Shown here piece by piece: positions 37,652 to 50,584 of a stretch of DNA of 64,000 nt. Source of the stretch: Veillonella parvula (GTDB lineage: Bacteria; Bacillota; Negativicutes; Veillonellales; Veillonellaceae); contig NZ_JAWFXN010000002.1 in NCBI RefSeq assembly GCF_032575955.1, forward strand, positions 159,458 through 223,457. The letters run 5' to 3'. Numbering within the stretch: the stretch's first letter is position 1; the number at the start of each line of letters is the position of its first letter. Position numbers and translations under genes: made by a program. The notes under the pieces are model-generated. The model was not told the origin of the DNA. It saw only the letters and a program-made list of their open reading frames with translations, and ran no database searches.

Positions 37652-38464
37652 ATGCATATTGACGCACTTATACATACCTTTAGGCTTCTTGATATTGTTG
37701 ATATCATAATCGTTGCCATTGGTATTTACTATTTATATAAATTGCTTAAAGATACGAGGGCCGTTTCTCTTTTAAAAGGTCTCGTCATGTTGGCAATTTT
37801 AAATTTATTGAGTCATTTATTAAATCTATACGTTATCAACTGGATTTTGCAACAAAGTATGACCGTTCTTCTCTTTGCGTTACCGGTTGTATTCCAACCA
37901 GAATTGCGTCGTGCTCTAGAACAATTGGGGCGTGGACGAATTTTCAGCAAGGCACAAAATGTAAACGAAGAAGAAATGGATATGGCCATTAATGAAGTAA
38001 TGGCTGCGGCTCGCGTTATGTCTCGTGAACATACGGGGGCACTTATCGTTTTTGAACGTGAAGTAGGTCTCAATGACTTTGTAGATACTGGTATTCTTAT
38101 CGATGCTGTATTGAGCCGCGAGTTGATTAAAAATATCTTTGTTCCTAGTACACCGCTTCATGATGGGGCCTTGATTATTCGTGATGGGCGAATTCGTGCA
38201 GCAGGCTGTTTGCTGCCGTTGACTGAGGACCGCACATTGAGTACTGAACTAGGTACACGTCACCGTGCAGCTATTGGCTTGTCTGAGCAAACTGACGCTG
38301 TTGTAATAGTTGTCAGTGAGGAAACAGGGACCATTTCTTATACATATGGCGGTCATATTTATCGCCATTTACCAGAGGATCAAATTAAAGAGGCATTGCG
38401 CACCTTTATGGAACGCCCTCGTCAAACCATTACTAGTATGTGGAAATGGAGGGCAAATAAATGA
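37652..38464 (+). CDS. cdaA: Diadenylate cyclase (membrane-anchored)
   Basis: 270 aa. Three N-terminal TM helices and the DAC-domain motifs DGALII and GTRHRAA are present. Confidence 0.9.
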   Translation: MHIDALIHTFRLLDIVDIIIVAIGIYYLYKLLKDTRAVSLLKGLVMLAILNLLSHLLNLYVINWILQQSMTVLLFALPVVFQPELRRALEQLGRGRIFSKAQNVNEEEMDMAINEVMAAARVMSREHTGALIVFEREVGLNDFVDTGILIDAVLSRELIKNIFVPSTPLHDGALIIRDGRIRAAGCLLPLTEDRTLSTELGTRHRAAIGLSEQTDAVVIVVSEETGTISYTYGGHIYRHLPEDQIKEALRTFMERPRQTITSMWKWRANK

Positions 38465-39387
38465 TGATTCATTTGAAACGCAATTGGCCTGCTAAATTAT
38501 TATCCTTGTTAGCAGCTATCGTCATGTGGTTCTTTATTATGCGCGATCAGAACCCTGTGATGGAAGTAACCTACACAATACCTGTACAGGTTCAAAATCT
38601 CAATTCTGGCTATATCATAGAAGATGCACCAGATGTGGTCCGTGTTGTTCTGGCTGGTCCACGAGATACCATTATGTCTATGAAATCAGATAATTTACGA
38701 GCTTATATTGATGCATCCGGTGTAAAACCAGGTCAAAATAATGTAACTATTAATTTTACTCCTCCGGCAGGAATGAATCTTGTGGAGGTTAAACCAGATA
38801 CCATCACCATCAATGTTGATGAATATGCAGAGAAAACGATTCCTGTTGAAATAGTTCCAATCGGTAAGTTCTCTGATGATATTGCTTTGAAATCGGTAAC
38901 GATTGTGCCGAAAGAGGTAACTGTTTCTGGTCGTAAGCAACAAGTTAATGCAGTGAGCAAGGTTGTCATGAAAGTCAATGTGGCTGGTCAAACGAAGAAC
39001 TTTAGCGCTGTTAGTACCTTAGAAGCTTGGGATACGGCAGGTAATGTACTAGATGTACATATTAATCCAAACCAAGGTCAAGCACAATATGAACTTAACT
39101 TATTACGTAAAGAAAAGGCGGTTCCTATTACTGTTCCGACTGTTGGTACAGTAGCAGAGGGTTATGAAGTTAAATCTACGTCTGCTACACCAACGCAACT
39201 AACGGTTACTGGTCGTGAAGAAATGATTGATTCCGTTACAGAAATACAAACAGAACCTATTGATGTGTCGGGTGCTACTGAAACTGTACAGGGTAACTAT
39301 AATTTAGTATTACCGAATGGTGTTAATAGCAATACCACAACGGTACGGGTGAAAGTAGAAATACAAAAGAAAGTACTTAATGGATGA
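38461..39387 (+). CDS. cdaR: CdaA regulatory protein with YbbR-like repeats
   Basis: 308 aa. It has an N-terminal anchor and repeated YbbR modules. ATGA overlap with cdaA. Confidence 0.85.
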   Translation: MMIHLKRNWPAKLLSLLAAIVMWFFIMRDQNPVMEVTYTIPVQVQNLNSGYIIEDAPDVVRVVLAGPRDTIMSMKSDNLRAYIDASGVKPGQNNVTINFTPPAGMNLVEVKPDTITINVDEYAEKTIPVEIVPIGKFSDDIALKSVTIVPKEVTVSGRKQQVNAVSKVVMKVNVAGQTKNFSAVSTLEAWDTAGNVLDVHINPNQGQAQYELNLLRKEKAVPITVPTVGTVAEGYEVKSTSATPTQLTVTGREEMIDSVTEIQTEPIDVSGATETVQGNYNLVLPNGVNSNTTTVRVKVEIQKKVLNG

Positions 39388-39423
39388 TAAGTTTTTTATG
39401 AGGCTTTGAAATCTTGCGATGAA

Positions 39424-39465
39424 GACCCTAATAGAGTGAATATTTCTCTATTAGGGCCTTTTTAT
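39424..39465 (+). terminator. Intrinsic terminator after cdaR
   Basis: CCCTAATAGAG-N9-CTCTATTAGGG followed by CCTTTTTAT. Confidence 0.75.
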
Positions 39466-39603
39466 GATTTATATATTAGCTTTTATAGTAGTGTTGTATA
39501 ATAAAGATGTATAACTATTTTCTTACAGATCAAGTGGTAAAGAATTTTGGTCAAAGATTAAAGAAGTAGGCTCGCCTAAAAGGGAGGCTTTAATAGGAAA
39601 GAT

Positions 39604-41202
39604 ATGATTAGAATAATAAATCTCCGCGTAGCTGTTACGGTTAAGTCGGATATCAAAAGTATTGTAGAAAAGAAATATCCCCCGTTACGTGGCGCTATCG
39701 AAACGATTCATGTTGTTCGACGTGCCGTAGATGCTCGTAAGAAGCCAAACATTGTTTTTGTATATACTCTATTCATTGAGGTTCATAATGAAGCTCAAGT
39801 CATGAAAAAGCTTGGTAAAGAAAAGGATGTATCTGTATTTGCTGCAGAAGATCCAGAACCTATTGTTTTTGGGTCCGTACCATTAGCTCATCGTCCTGTT
39901 GTTATGGGCTTTGGCCCTGCGGGGATGCTTGCAGCCTTTTACCTAGCTCGTGAAGGCTATCGCCCAATCGTGCTTGAACGCGGTCAAGATGTAGATACAC
40001 GTAGTCATGATGTAGAAACATTTTGGAAAAAGGGCATATTTAAACCTGAATCCAACGTACAATTTGGGGAAGGTGGCGCAGGAACTTTTTCCGATGGTAA
40101 GTTGACAACTCGCATTACCCATCCGCGTTTACATGAGATATCTAAATACTTTGTTGAGTTTGGTGCGCCTGAAGAAATATTATATAAACATAAACCTCAC
40201 GTAGGTACAGATAAATTGCGTACTATGGTAAAAGCCATGCGTGAGCGCATCATCGAATGGGGTGGTGAAGTCCGTTTTGGTTCTAAGGTAACGGATTTGT
40301 TTATTGAAAATGACCGTATCGTAGGCGTTGAAGTTAATGGTAGTGAGCGTATTGATACGACTGTTGTTTTGTCTGGTGTAGGACATAGTGCGCGTGACAC
40401 ATACGAGATGCTTCATAAACGCAATGTGGAAATGACGGCAAAACCCTTTGCTATCGGTGTTCGTATTGAACATGATCAAGCTGTAATCGATGAGTCCCAA
40501 TATGGCGTGGAACCATCTAGCTTGGGCCTCGGTGCAGCAGAATACTCCCTCGTGTACCATGATAAAGAAACAGGCCGTACTGCGTATAGCTTCTGTATGT
40601 GCCCAGGAGGTCAAGTAGTAGCATCTGCCTCTGAAGAAGGTGGCGTTGTCGTAAATGGCATGAGCTTATACGCTCGGAACAGCGGTGTTGCTAATAGTGC
40701 TATCGTGGTTAACGTAGGTCCAGATGACTTTGGTACTCATCCATTAGATGGCGTTGCATTCCAACGAGAATGGGAACAAAAGGCCTATGAGTTGGGCGGA
40801 TCTAATTTCCATGCACCTGCACAAACAGTAGGGCAGTTTTTAGGGCTTTCACAAGCACCTAGTGTACAAAATAGTATATATAGCTACGAGCCAGGTGTCG
40901 TGAATTGCGATTTACATGATTGCTTGCCACCGTTCGTCACATCCGTATTAGAGCGGGCCTTGCCATACTGGGGTCGTCGTATCCGTGGATTCGATAATCC
41001 TGCGGTGTGTATGACAGGCGTTGAAACGCGCACCTCTGCACCGCTTCGTATGGGACGCAATGAAGAACGCATTTCTCCTACTGTAGGAGGTTTCTATCCT
41101 ATGGGTGAAGGGGCTGGCTATGCAGGGGGAATTATGAGTGCTGCCCTTGATGGCGCGGAAACAGCCATTTTATGTATGGCAAAATACGCTAAACCTAATT
41201 AG
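39604..41202 (+). CDS. FAD-dependent protein, COG2509-type (uncharacterised NAD(FAD)-utilising dehydrogenase)
   Basis: 532 aa. The dinucleotide-binding motif is VVMGFGPAGMLAAFYLAREG. Confidence 0.75.
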   Translation: MIRIINLRVAVTVKSDIKSIVEKKYPPLRGAIETIHVVRRAVDARKKPNIVFVYTLFIEVHNEAQVMKKLGKEKDVSVFAAEDPEPIVFGSVPLAHRPVVMGFGPAGMLAAFYLAREGYRPIVLERGQDVDTRSHDVETFWKKGIFKPESNVQFGEGGAGTFSDGKLTTRITHPRLHEISKYFVEFGAPEEILYKHKPHVGTDKLRTMVKAMRERIIEWGGEVRFGSKVTDLFIENDRIVGVEVNGSERIDTTVVLSGVGHSARDTYEMLHKRNVEMTAKPFAIGVRIEHDQAVIDESQYGVEPSSLGLGAAEYSLVYHDKETGRTAYSFCMCPGGQVVASASEEGGVVVNGMSLYARNSGVANSAIVVNVGPDDFGTHPLDGVAFQREWEQKAYELGGSNFHAPAQTVGQFLGLSQAPSVQNSIYSYEPGVVNCDLHDCLPPFVTSVLERALPYWGRRIRGFDNPAVCMTGVETRTSAPLRMGRNEERISPTVGGFYPMGEGAGYAGGIMSAALDGAETAILCMAKYAKPN

Positions 41203-41296
41203 TGGGGAATTATACTGATGAATTGAATTACAGTATAGATTCATACTATTTATGTAATATAGATGTGACTTTATAGTAGGTATGCTTTCTATATTG

Positions 41297-41305
41297 TGAT
41301 ATAAT
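41297..41305 (+). promoter_or_regulatory. Candidate extended -10 element upstream of glmM
   Basis: TGATATAAT (TGnTATAAT) lies about 85 nt upstream of the glmM ATG. Confidence 0.4.
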
Positions 41306-41388
41306 ACACAACAGTAATTATTGAAATGATACACACGGTAGATATATAGACTTGTGAAACTTTCACAAATCCTTAGAGGAGGATAATT

Positions 41389-42741
41389 ATGGCTCGTTTA
41401 TTTGGTACAGATGGTGTACGTGGTGTTGTTAATGAGTTTTTAACGCCAGAATTAGCCTATCATTTAGGTCGTGCGGCAGGAACGCATTTTGGTAAGGAAA
41501 AGGAACATCCTACGTTCTTGATTGGTCGCGATACGCGAATTTCTGGTTCTATGCTTGAAAGTGCATTAGCAGCGGGCATTTGTTCTGTTGGCGGTAATGT
41601 AGTGATTGCAGGCGTTATCCCAACTCCAGCAGTAGCGTACCTTGTACGTCAACAAGGGTTTGATGCGGGTGCTGTTATTTCTGCATCTCACAATCCATAT
41701 CCAGATAATGGCATTAAATTCTTTGATAGCAATGGCTATAAATTACCTGATGAAGTGGAAGATGAATTGGAAAAATATGTTCGTCAAAGTGCAGATAATG
41801 AATTAGCACGTCCTACAGGGGATGGTATAGGTAAAATTGAGTTTAATAGTAACTTGGCTCATTTATATGCTCACTTTGTACGTCACACAATTGATACGTC
41901 CCTTGAAGGGTTGACTATCGTTTATGATGGTGCCAATGGTGCCGCGTCTAGTGTAGGTCCAGAAATTTTGTCTGGACTAGGGGCTAAAGTCATCAATATT
42001 AATGTGAATCCAGATGGCTTGAACATCAATCATCACTGTGGTTCTACGCATATCGAAGGATTGCAAGTAGCTGTGCAACAATATAATGCAGACCTTGGTA
42101 TTGCTAATGATGGCGATGCTGACCGCTGTTTATTGGTTGATGAAAAAGGTCAAGTTCTCGATGGCGATCAAATTATGTTGTTATGCGCTCTTAAGTTGAA
42201 AGAAGAAGGCAAACTTAAAGGTGATACCATAGTTGGTACCGTTATGAGTAATATCGGATTCCATAAAGCAGCAGAAGAACTTGGTATGAAAACGGTTTCC
42301 ACTGCTGTTGGTGATCGGTATGTATTGGAATACATGCGTGAACATAATCTTTCCATTGGTGGTGAACAATCTGGTCACGTAATCTTCTTAGATCACAACA
42401 CCACTGGTGACGGTATGTTAACAGCTGTTCAAGTGGCGGCTCTTATGAAGGAGAAAAAGAAACCTCTTTCTGAGTTGGCGGGCATTATGACAAAATACCC
42501 ACAAGTTCTTGTAAATGTTCGGATCGCTACAAAAACTGGCTGGGAAGACAATGACCTTATCAAAGCTGCTATCGTAACAGCTGAAGGAGAGCTCGGTGAC
42601 GAAGGTCGCGTACTTGTACGTGCCTCTGGTACAGAACCACTCATTCGCGTTATGGCAGAAGGTCCAGACCAAGAAACATTACAATCATTATGTGAAGAAA
42701 TCGCTGATATTATCGGTAGAGAACAAGGGTTAGCTGAATAA
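41389..42741 (+). CDS. glmM: Phosphoglucosamine mutase
   Basis: 450 aa. MARLFGTDGVRG and the phosphoserine loop SASHNP are present. Confidence 0.92.
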   Translation: MARLFGTDGVRGVVNEFLTPELAYHLGRAAGTHFGKEKEHPTFLIGRDTRISGSMLESALAAGICSVGGNVVIAGVIPTPAVAYLVRQQGFDAGAVISASHNPYPDNGIKFFDSNGYKLPDEVEDELEKYVRQSADNELARPTGDGIGKIEFNSNLAHLYAHFVRHTIDTSLEGLTIVYDGANGAASSVGPEILSGLGAKVININVNPDGLNINHHCGSTHIEGLQVAVQQYNADLGIANDGDADRCLLVDEKGQVLDGDQIMLLCALKLKEEGKLKGDTIVGTVMSNIGFHKAAEELGMKTVSTAVGDRYVLEYMREHNLSIGGEQSGHVIFLDHNTTGDGMLTAVQVAALMKEKKKPLSELAGIMTKYPQVLVNVRIATKTGWEDNDLIKAAIVTAEGELGDEGRVLVRASGTEPLIRVMAEGPDQETLQSLCEEIADIIGREQGLAE

Positions 42742-42808
42742 CTCTTGATGAGTAGTTTGATACCATTCCGTTTGGTTCCATTCTACAACTTTTATATTAA
42801 AAGTATAC

Positions 42809-42871
42809 CCTCCTATATATGTCCCTTTGCTCCGTCCTACGTAAAGTCGCTGCAGGAGCATATATAGGAGG
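42809..42871 (+). terminator. Long hairpin after glmM, with a loop related to the 8373-8440 hairpin
   Basis: CCTCCTATATATG-N37-CATATATAGGAGG with a weak T-tract (TTTA). Confidence 0.45.
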
Positions 42872-42957
42872 TTTAGAGATAAGTGATATTTAAAATTGAA
42901 TAATCATAATGAATAATCTTTTTATTTTGGTTTATTCTAAGTTTAGAGGGTGAAATT

Positions 42958-43653
42958 ATGAAAACAATAGGTTTAATTGGAGGAATGAGCTGGGAAAGTA
43001 CGATTACGTATTACCAAGTCTTGAATGAAACTATTAAGCAAGTTTTGGGCGGCTTACATTCAGCAAAATGTATTTTATATAGTGTCGATTTTGAAGAGAT
43101 AGAAAAGTGTCAAGCAAATGGAGATTGGGATAGAAGCGCTGAAATTTTATCCGATGCTGCTCAATCTTTAGAAAAGGCTGGTGCTGATTATATTGTTATA
43201 TGCACGAATACAATGCATAAAGTAGCGGATGAAATAAAAAGACATATTCACATACCTCTTCTTCATATTGCGGAAATGACTGCAGTAGAGTTGGAAAAAT
43301 CAGGTATTACAAAGGTAGGTCTACTCGGTACCAAGTACACGATGCAACAAGATTTTTATAAATGTATCTTGGAAAATCGGGGGATTCATGTTGTTATACC
43401 TAACGAAGATCAAGTCGAACTTGTGAATGATATTATATATAATGAATTGTGTTTAGGTGTTATTTCTAATGAATCTAAACAACAATACTTAGATATTATT
43501 GGTGATTTGGTAAAATCTGGTGTACAAGGTGTTATCTTAGGCTGTACTGAAATTGGGCTACTTATTAAACAAGATGATACGGATATACCTTTATTTGATA
43601 CTACATTGATACATGCAAAAAATGCGGCGTTGATTTCTATTGGTAGAGCATAA
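42958..43653 (+). CDS. Aspartate/glutamate racemase family protein (YgeA-like)
   Basis: 231 aa. IGLIGGMSWESTITYY and the second catalytic region GVILGCTEI are present. Confidence 0.8.
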   Translation: MKTIGLIGGMSWESTITYYQVLNETIKQVLGGLHSAKCILYSVDFEEIEKCQANGDWDRSAEILSDAAQSLEKAGADYIVICTNTMHKVADEIKRHIHIPLLHIAEMTAVELEKSGITKVGLLGTKYTMQQDFYKCILENRGIHVVIPNEDQVELVNDIIYNELCLGVISNESKQQYLDIIGDLVKSGVQGVILGCTEIGLLIKQDDTDIPLFDTTLIHAKNAALISIGRA

Positions 43654-43686
43654 TATAATTAGCTTTTATTTTTGTTTAAATAACAT

Positions 43687-43744
43687 AACCCTCTATTAGA
43701 TATTTTTATTCATTTTTAGAATATCTAATAGAGGGTTGTTTTTA
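43687..43744 (+). terminator. Intrinsic terminator
   Basis: There is an 18-bp stem, AACCCTCTATTAGATATT / AATATCTAATAGAGGGTT, followed by GTTTTTA. Confidence 0.85.
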
Positions 43745-43892
43745 TGCAATTAGAACTAGCTAGAGACTAAAGGAAATCTTTTAACATGGTTTGAATTTAT
43801 ATGAGAGGAGTTACTATAGGCACGTATATAGGAAGTAATTTGTGTTATTATAGCCATATAGTCTGAAATATATTCGATAGAAAAGGTGTAAT

Positions 43893-45005
43893 ATGAAGCT
43901 TGCTATAAAAGAGTATTGGGAAAATCTTAAAGTAGAATATGAAGCTACATATAATGCGTCTATATTTAGTGATTATGATGTGCTAAAGCAATACGCAGAG
44001 CGTTTTAGAACGTATTTAATTACTTTGATGTGTGAGTATTCTAATGATGTGGATGTGGCCTGTACTTTAGCAACTGTTGAACAGGTGTTGAGGGATGAGA
44101 AAAATTCAATAGAACTATTGGAAGGGTTCCTTGAAGCTTATACTAATGAACTTAGTGATACTGATAAAGCGAGAATTTACACTAATTTGGCTTTTTATTA
44201 TAACGATGAGGGAAATATAAAAGAATATGACTATCTATCTGCAGCTGTAAAGCTAAATTCTCCATATATAGAGACTTACAGAGGGTTGGCTTTATATCAT
44301 TTTTCAGCTTATAGAGAGAAAGGTTCTGTAGAGGAGTTGAAGAAAAGTTTACGTGCTTTTGAAAGGGGAATAATAGTATCGAACGATTATGACATGAACT
44401 TTGGCTATGCAGTGTGTTTGTTTGAGCTTAAGGAATATGAGAAAGCAAGGGCCATTTTTGAAGAGTTATTAAAAGGCTATCCTAATAGGATGAAGTTACT
44501 AGTTTGTATTGCTTATTGTGATGTGCATTTAGGTAATAAAAAGCAAGCCCTCGATCGTTTGAAGCAAATTAAGCTTGGAGGCGATGTAGCATATCATTTA
44601 AGTAATGATGAAGTTTTTGAGTTTGATATCATTGACGCCTATTATATATTAGATGAGTATGGCCTATTCTTAGATGAATGTGAAAAGGCTAAAGAGCACT
44701 GTGATTTAAGTGATGGCCCTTATTACTTTGGTCTTTGGATTATGAAGCAACATGATATGTTCCATCGTGAAGTGGAGAAGCAACGAACAGAAATATTGGC
44801 ATGCATTGAAAATGCAAAAATGGACGAAGACTTTGATAGCGAAGAAGAAAAGCAGGACTATATCAAAAGCTGGGAAGATGATTTAGAGAATCTAAATTTG
44901 TTGGAACATAAAATTAAAGATGAAAACTACAAGCCTATGGTTGAATTAAAACTATGGCCAATATATGGGTGCTATTTAATAGACTGTTTAACTCATAATT
45001 TTTAA
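43893..45005 (+). CDS. Hypothetical cytoplasmic protein with TPR-like helical repeats
   Basis: 370 aa with no signal peptide. It has helical repeat character (e.g. ...EYEKARAIFEELLKGYPN...) and an acidic C-terminal region. Confidence 0.6.
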   Translation: MKLAIKEYWENLKVEYEATYNASIFSDYDVLKQYAERFRTYLITLMCEYSNDVDVACTLATVEQVLRDEKNSIELLEGFLEAYTNELSDTDKARIYTNLAFYYNDEGNIKEYDYLSAAVKLNSPYIETYRGLALYHFSAYREKGSVEELKKSLRAFERGIIVSNDYDMNFGYAVCLFELKEYEKARAIFEELLKGYPNRMKLLVCIAYCDVHLGNKKQALDRLKQIKLGGDVAYHLSNDEVFEFDIIDAYYILDEYGLFLDECEKAKEHCDLSDGPYYFGLWIMKQHDMFHREVEKQRTEILACIENAKMDEDFDSEEEKQDYIKSWEDDLENLNLLEHKIKDENYKPMVELKLWPIYGCYLIDCLTHNF

Positions 45006-45077
45006 TCTGCTTATTGGTAGATTTATATAAAGATGATTTATATATTTAAACTGATATACAAGTAAGTTTAACAAATT

Positions 45078-45120
45078 AAAAGCACTACTTTAAATTGGAA
45101 TAATTCAGAGTAGTGCTTTT
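45078..45120. terminator. Bidirectional terminator between convergent genes
   Basis: AAAAGCACTACT-N19-AGTAGTGCTTTT. Confidence 0.7.
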
Positions 45121-45124
45121 GATA

Positions 45125-46522
45125 TTATTTATCAGCCACAACAAGTTTATATCCATTCAATTGAATGTTACTGCCGGTTGTGTCTTCGTTGCTCAAGGAT
45201 TTTACATAGCTGTCGCCTGTGAGTATCCAATTGGAGTCTTTGCTGAGTTTCACAGTTACTTCTTTAGCCGTGTTGTCTGTGTTTATAGCACCTACAAGGC
45301 TAGATCCATTTGTCATGTCTAGAGCGATGGTACTGATTGAATCAGCCATAATATTACCGTTTAGCTCTTGGTTAGATGTGCGGAGTGTAAGGTGACCGCC
45401 GTTCTCACCAGTTTTTCCCCAACGGGAGTCAGCAGCTGCTTTCACTAGGGTAGATGTGTTCGGCATAGAGATTGCATTGTTAGAAAGGTCTACTTCAGCA
45501 GTGGTGTTGTTTACATAGAGGAACGCACCTGTAGCGTGAGTTGTGAGTGTGTTATTCTCTGCTTTCAGACGAGCAATACCGTTTTCAGCATCACCAGAGA
45601 AGCTTTGATATAGCATGAAGCCATTATCTTTGTAGCCTGTTACATTGGAGTTTGTAAGAGTTATGGAATTTTTACCTTCTACGACGCCAATTTCACTGTT
45701 ATTCGCTATGCCGTTGACATTGTTTACCATAATATTACCCGTAGAGTAGATAACAGGACTGCCTTCGCCAGATGTCGTAAGTTTTGCCGCTTCTGCGGTG
45801 ATAGTGCCTTCTCCGCGATCTGTAGCAAGTGTAGCAGAGTGAGCCCCTTCAGTAGTGATAGTTAGGTTTTTGCCATTTACAGTACCTTTGTAAGTAGCAT
45901 CTAAACCACGAGAGGAATCGCTTTTTGTGTGAATATTAGTATTTTCTACGTTGATAACCGAGCCTTCACCAGTGGCAAAGACTGCATTAGAACCTTTAGA
46001 GTTAGATGTAATATTGCTACCCTTGATGTTAATTTGGCTACCCTCGATACCGAGGACTACTGCATTTTGACCACGGAAATTGCTATTGTCATCGCTTGTA
46101 GTGTCGCCTGTTTTATCGAAAACGCTATTTTCAATATCAATTACCGCTTTATTTTTACCGATGAAAGCATTCTGATCGGCCGTTGTGTTTGTCATCGACT
46201 CATGTGCAATGGATTTGTTTTCTGTAACGATAGTTGTGCCTTTGAAAGTATTAGGATCTACTTCGGATTGTGGTTCCATACCATTAGGAGCACCGTTTGG
46301 AGATGTGCTTCCTTGTGCGGATGGTACTGTTTTGGTTTGCTCTGTTGTGGTTACAACTGCGATGTTAGTGTTAGGCTGAGTTTCTGCTGCTAAGGTTGGA
46401 ATGATAGCTAACGTTGATAGGGCAGCACCAAGGACTGCAGGTAATACCCAACGGCGTAACTTTCTATAGGACAAACTATTTTTTCTATTTTTATGTTTCT
46501 TTTTAATCGTTGTTTTATTCAT
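45125..46522 (-). CDS. Secreted Asn/Thr/Gly-rich repeat protein, probably a parallel beta-helix (adhesin or carbohydrate-binding-like)
   Basis: 465 aa from ATG 46522 with a GGGAGA SD. A very basic N-region (KKKHKNRKNSLSYRKLRRW) precedes a hydrophobic signal segment ending in ...TLAAE. Turns of the type N-x-T/S-G-x-N-A recur at about 20-25 aa spacing. Confidence 0.65.
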   Translation of the reverse strand: MNKTTIKKKHKNRKNSLSYRKLRRWVLPAVLGAALSTLAIIPTLAAETQPNTNIAVVTTTEQTKTVPSAQGSTSPNGAPNGMEPQSEVDPNTFKGTTIVTENKSIAHESMTNTTADQNAFIGKNKAVIDIENSVFDKTGDTTSDDNSNFRGQNAVVLGIEGSQINIKGSNITSNSKGSNAVFATGEGSVINVENTNIHTKSDSSRGLDATYKGTVNGKNLTITTEGAHSATLATDRGEGTITAEAAKLTTSGEGSPVIYSTGNIMVNNVNGIANNSEIGVVEGKNSITLTNSNVTGYKDNGFMLYQSFSGDAENGIARLKAENNTLTTHATGAFLYVNNTTAEVDLSNNAISMPNTSTLVKAAADSRWGKTGENGGHLTLRTSNQELNGNIMADSISTIALDMTNGSSLVGAINTDNTAKEVTVKLSKDSNWILTGDSYVKSLSNEDTTGSNIQLNGYKLVVADK

Positions 46523-46779
46523 GATTAATATCTCCCAAATTATATACATACATTTTGAAAATACAACAAAATCTAATTGTGTAAAATTTAGAATGATAGA
46601 AGTATAATTTCTTACAATGAAAAGGACGTGAAGCATAGAAACAATCTTTTTTATTCCTTTTGAATTATCTGAGGTGGTTTACTTTTTATCGATTTTTTTA
46701 GTATAATATACCTCAGTACATATTTTATTTTGTACTGATTCTGCCATATATCACAGAAAGGAATTCCGAATTCGTAAAG

Positions 46780-46920
46780 GCGAATAGCGCAAGTACCCAC
46801 GAAGGCAGTCGTTAGGGTAGACGAGGTGAAGAGTGATCGAGTCATCAGCGGATGCTCTTCCGGCATATTCAAGTCGTAACAGGTATTAAAAAGCCCATCG
46901 GTAACGATGGGGACAAAGTA
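46780..46920 (+). promoter_or_regulatory. glmS: glmS ribozyme (GlcN6P-dependent self-cleaving riboswitch)
   Basis: The core AGCGC...GGGTAGACGAGGTGAAGAG...TCAGCGGATGCTCTTCCGGC closely matches the Bacillus-type glmS ribozyme as remembered (AGCGCC...GGGUAGACGAGGUGGAGG...UUCGGCGGAUGCCUCCCGGC). A P4-like hairpin CCCATCG-gtaa-CGATGGG is present. It lies directly upstream of glmS. Confidence 0.88.
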
Positions 46921-47046
46921 TATCTGAATGAATTGTATTGAATTAATAATTAATACATTAAATAGAATATTAATCTAGAACATTAATTAGTTAGCCTTAG
47001 TTTTTGCTGGGGCTAGAAATACCCCCAGTTATAGGAGGATATACTC

Positions 47047-49924
<2,878 letters not shown>

Positions 49925-49960
49925 AATCATATAGTAGACTTTCAATTTGTGAGGTAAACC

Positions 49961-50437
49961 ATGACGAAACAAGAGGCGATGGAACGCTTTTCATCAGGTG
50001 CCGTACAACAGAGCTTAGAAATACATCGCGGTATACAGTGGACCGGTCGCATCATCGGTCTAGTTGCGTGTGCGTTGATTGTAAAATATATGCCCTCAGA
50101 CTGGGCGGAACGTGTATGGTATTATCTGTTGTTGCTCGTGATATTATGGACCCTTCATAGATTAGGTGAAAGTCAAGCTTTTATCTGTGAAAAGGGCCTC
50201 GTGTTAAAACGTAGGCCTTTTTCTGTGAAAGAATACTTTCACAGTTTATTCTATGGGGATGAATATTTCGTCTTTGTTGATTATGAGCATATTATTGGAT
50301 TCACTGAGGAATGGCGTGAGTTGCAAGCAATGAATGGTCATGGTGGGATCTATGTGATACCACTTGATCTGCATCAGGTGGCGTACAAGGATAAAATGGC
50401 GATGATTGAGGCCATTCATAAACATACGCAGTCATAA
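49961..50437 (+). CDS. Hypothetical membrane protein (two TM helices plus a soluble C-terminal domain)
   Basis: 158 aa with a GTGAGGT SD. I recognise no family. Confidence 0.5.
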   Translation: MTKQEAMERFSSGAVQQSLEIHRGIQWTGRIIGLVACALIVKYMPSDWAERVWYYLLLLVILWTLHRLGESQAFICEKGLVLKRRPFSVKEYFHSLFYGDEYFVFVDYEHIIGFTEEWRELQAMNGHGGIYVIPLDLHQVAYKDKMAMIEAIHKHTQS

Positions 50438-50584
50438 AGTATAAGTACGTAGCGTCATACAATATAGGTATACAGAAATATAAATATATGACTACAGAAA
50501 CATAAAGCAAATGAATCTAGAATCATAAACTATATATGTGGAAAGTCTTTAAAATAAAAAATATAAAATTCATCGAATTAACTA

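Noticed and set aside
40180-40614. A 144-aa minus-strand ORF.
   Set aside because: It is antisense inside the conserved COG2509 FAD-protein gene and has no translation signals.
45929-46393. A 154-aa plus-strand ORF, and a 64-aa ORF at 46185-46379.
   Set aside because: They are antisense to the beta-helix repeat gene. Such shadow ORFs are typical opposite repetitive Asn/Thr/Gly-rich coding sequence.
46651-46872. A 73-aa minus-strand ORF.
   Set aside because: It overlaps the glmS ribozyme and promoter region on the opposite strand. The RNA element explains the sequence conservation.
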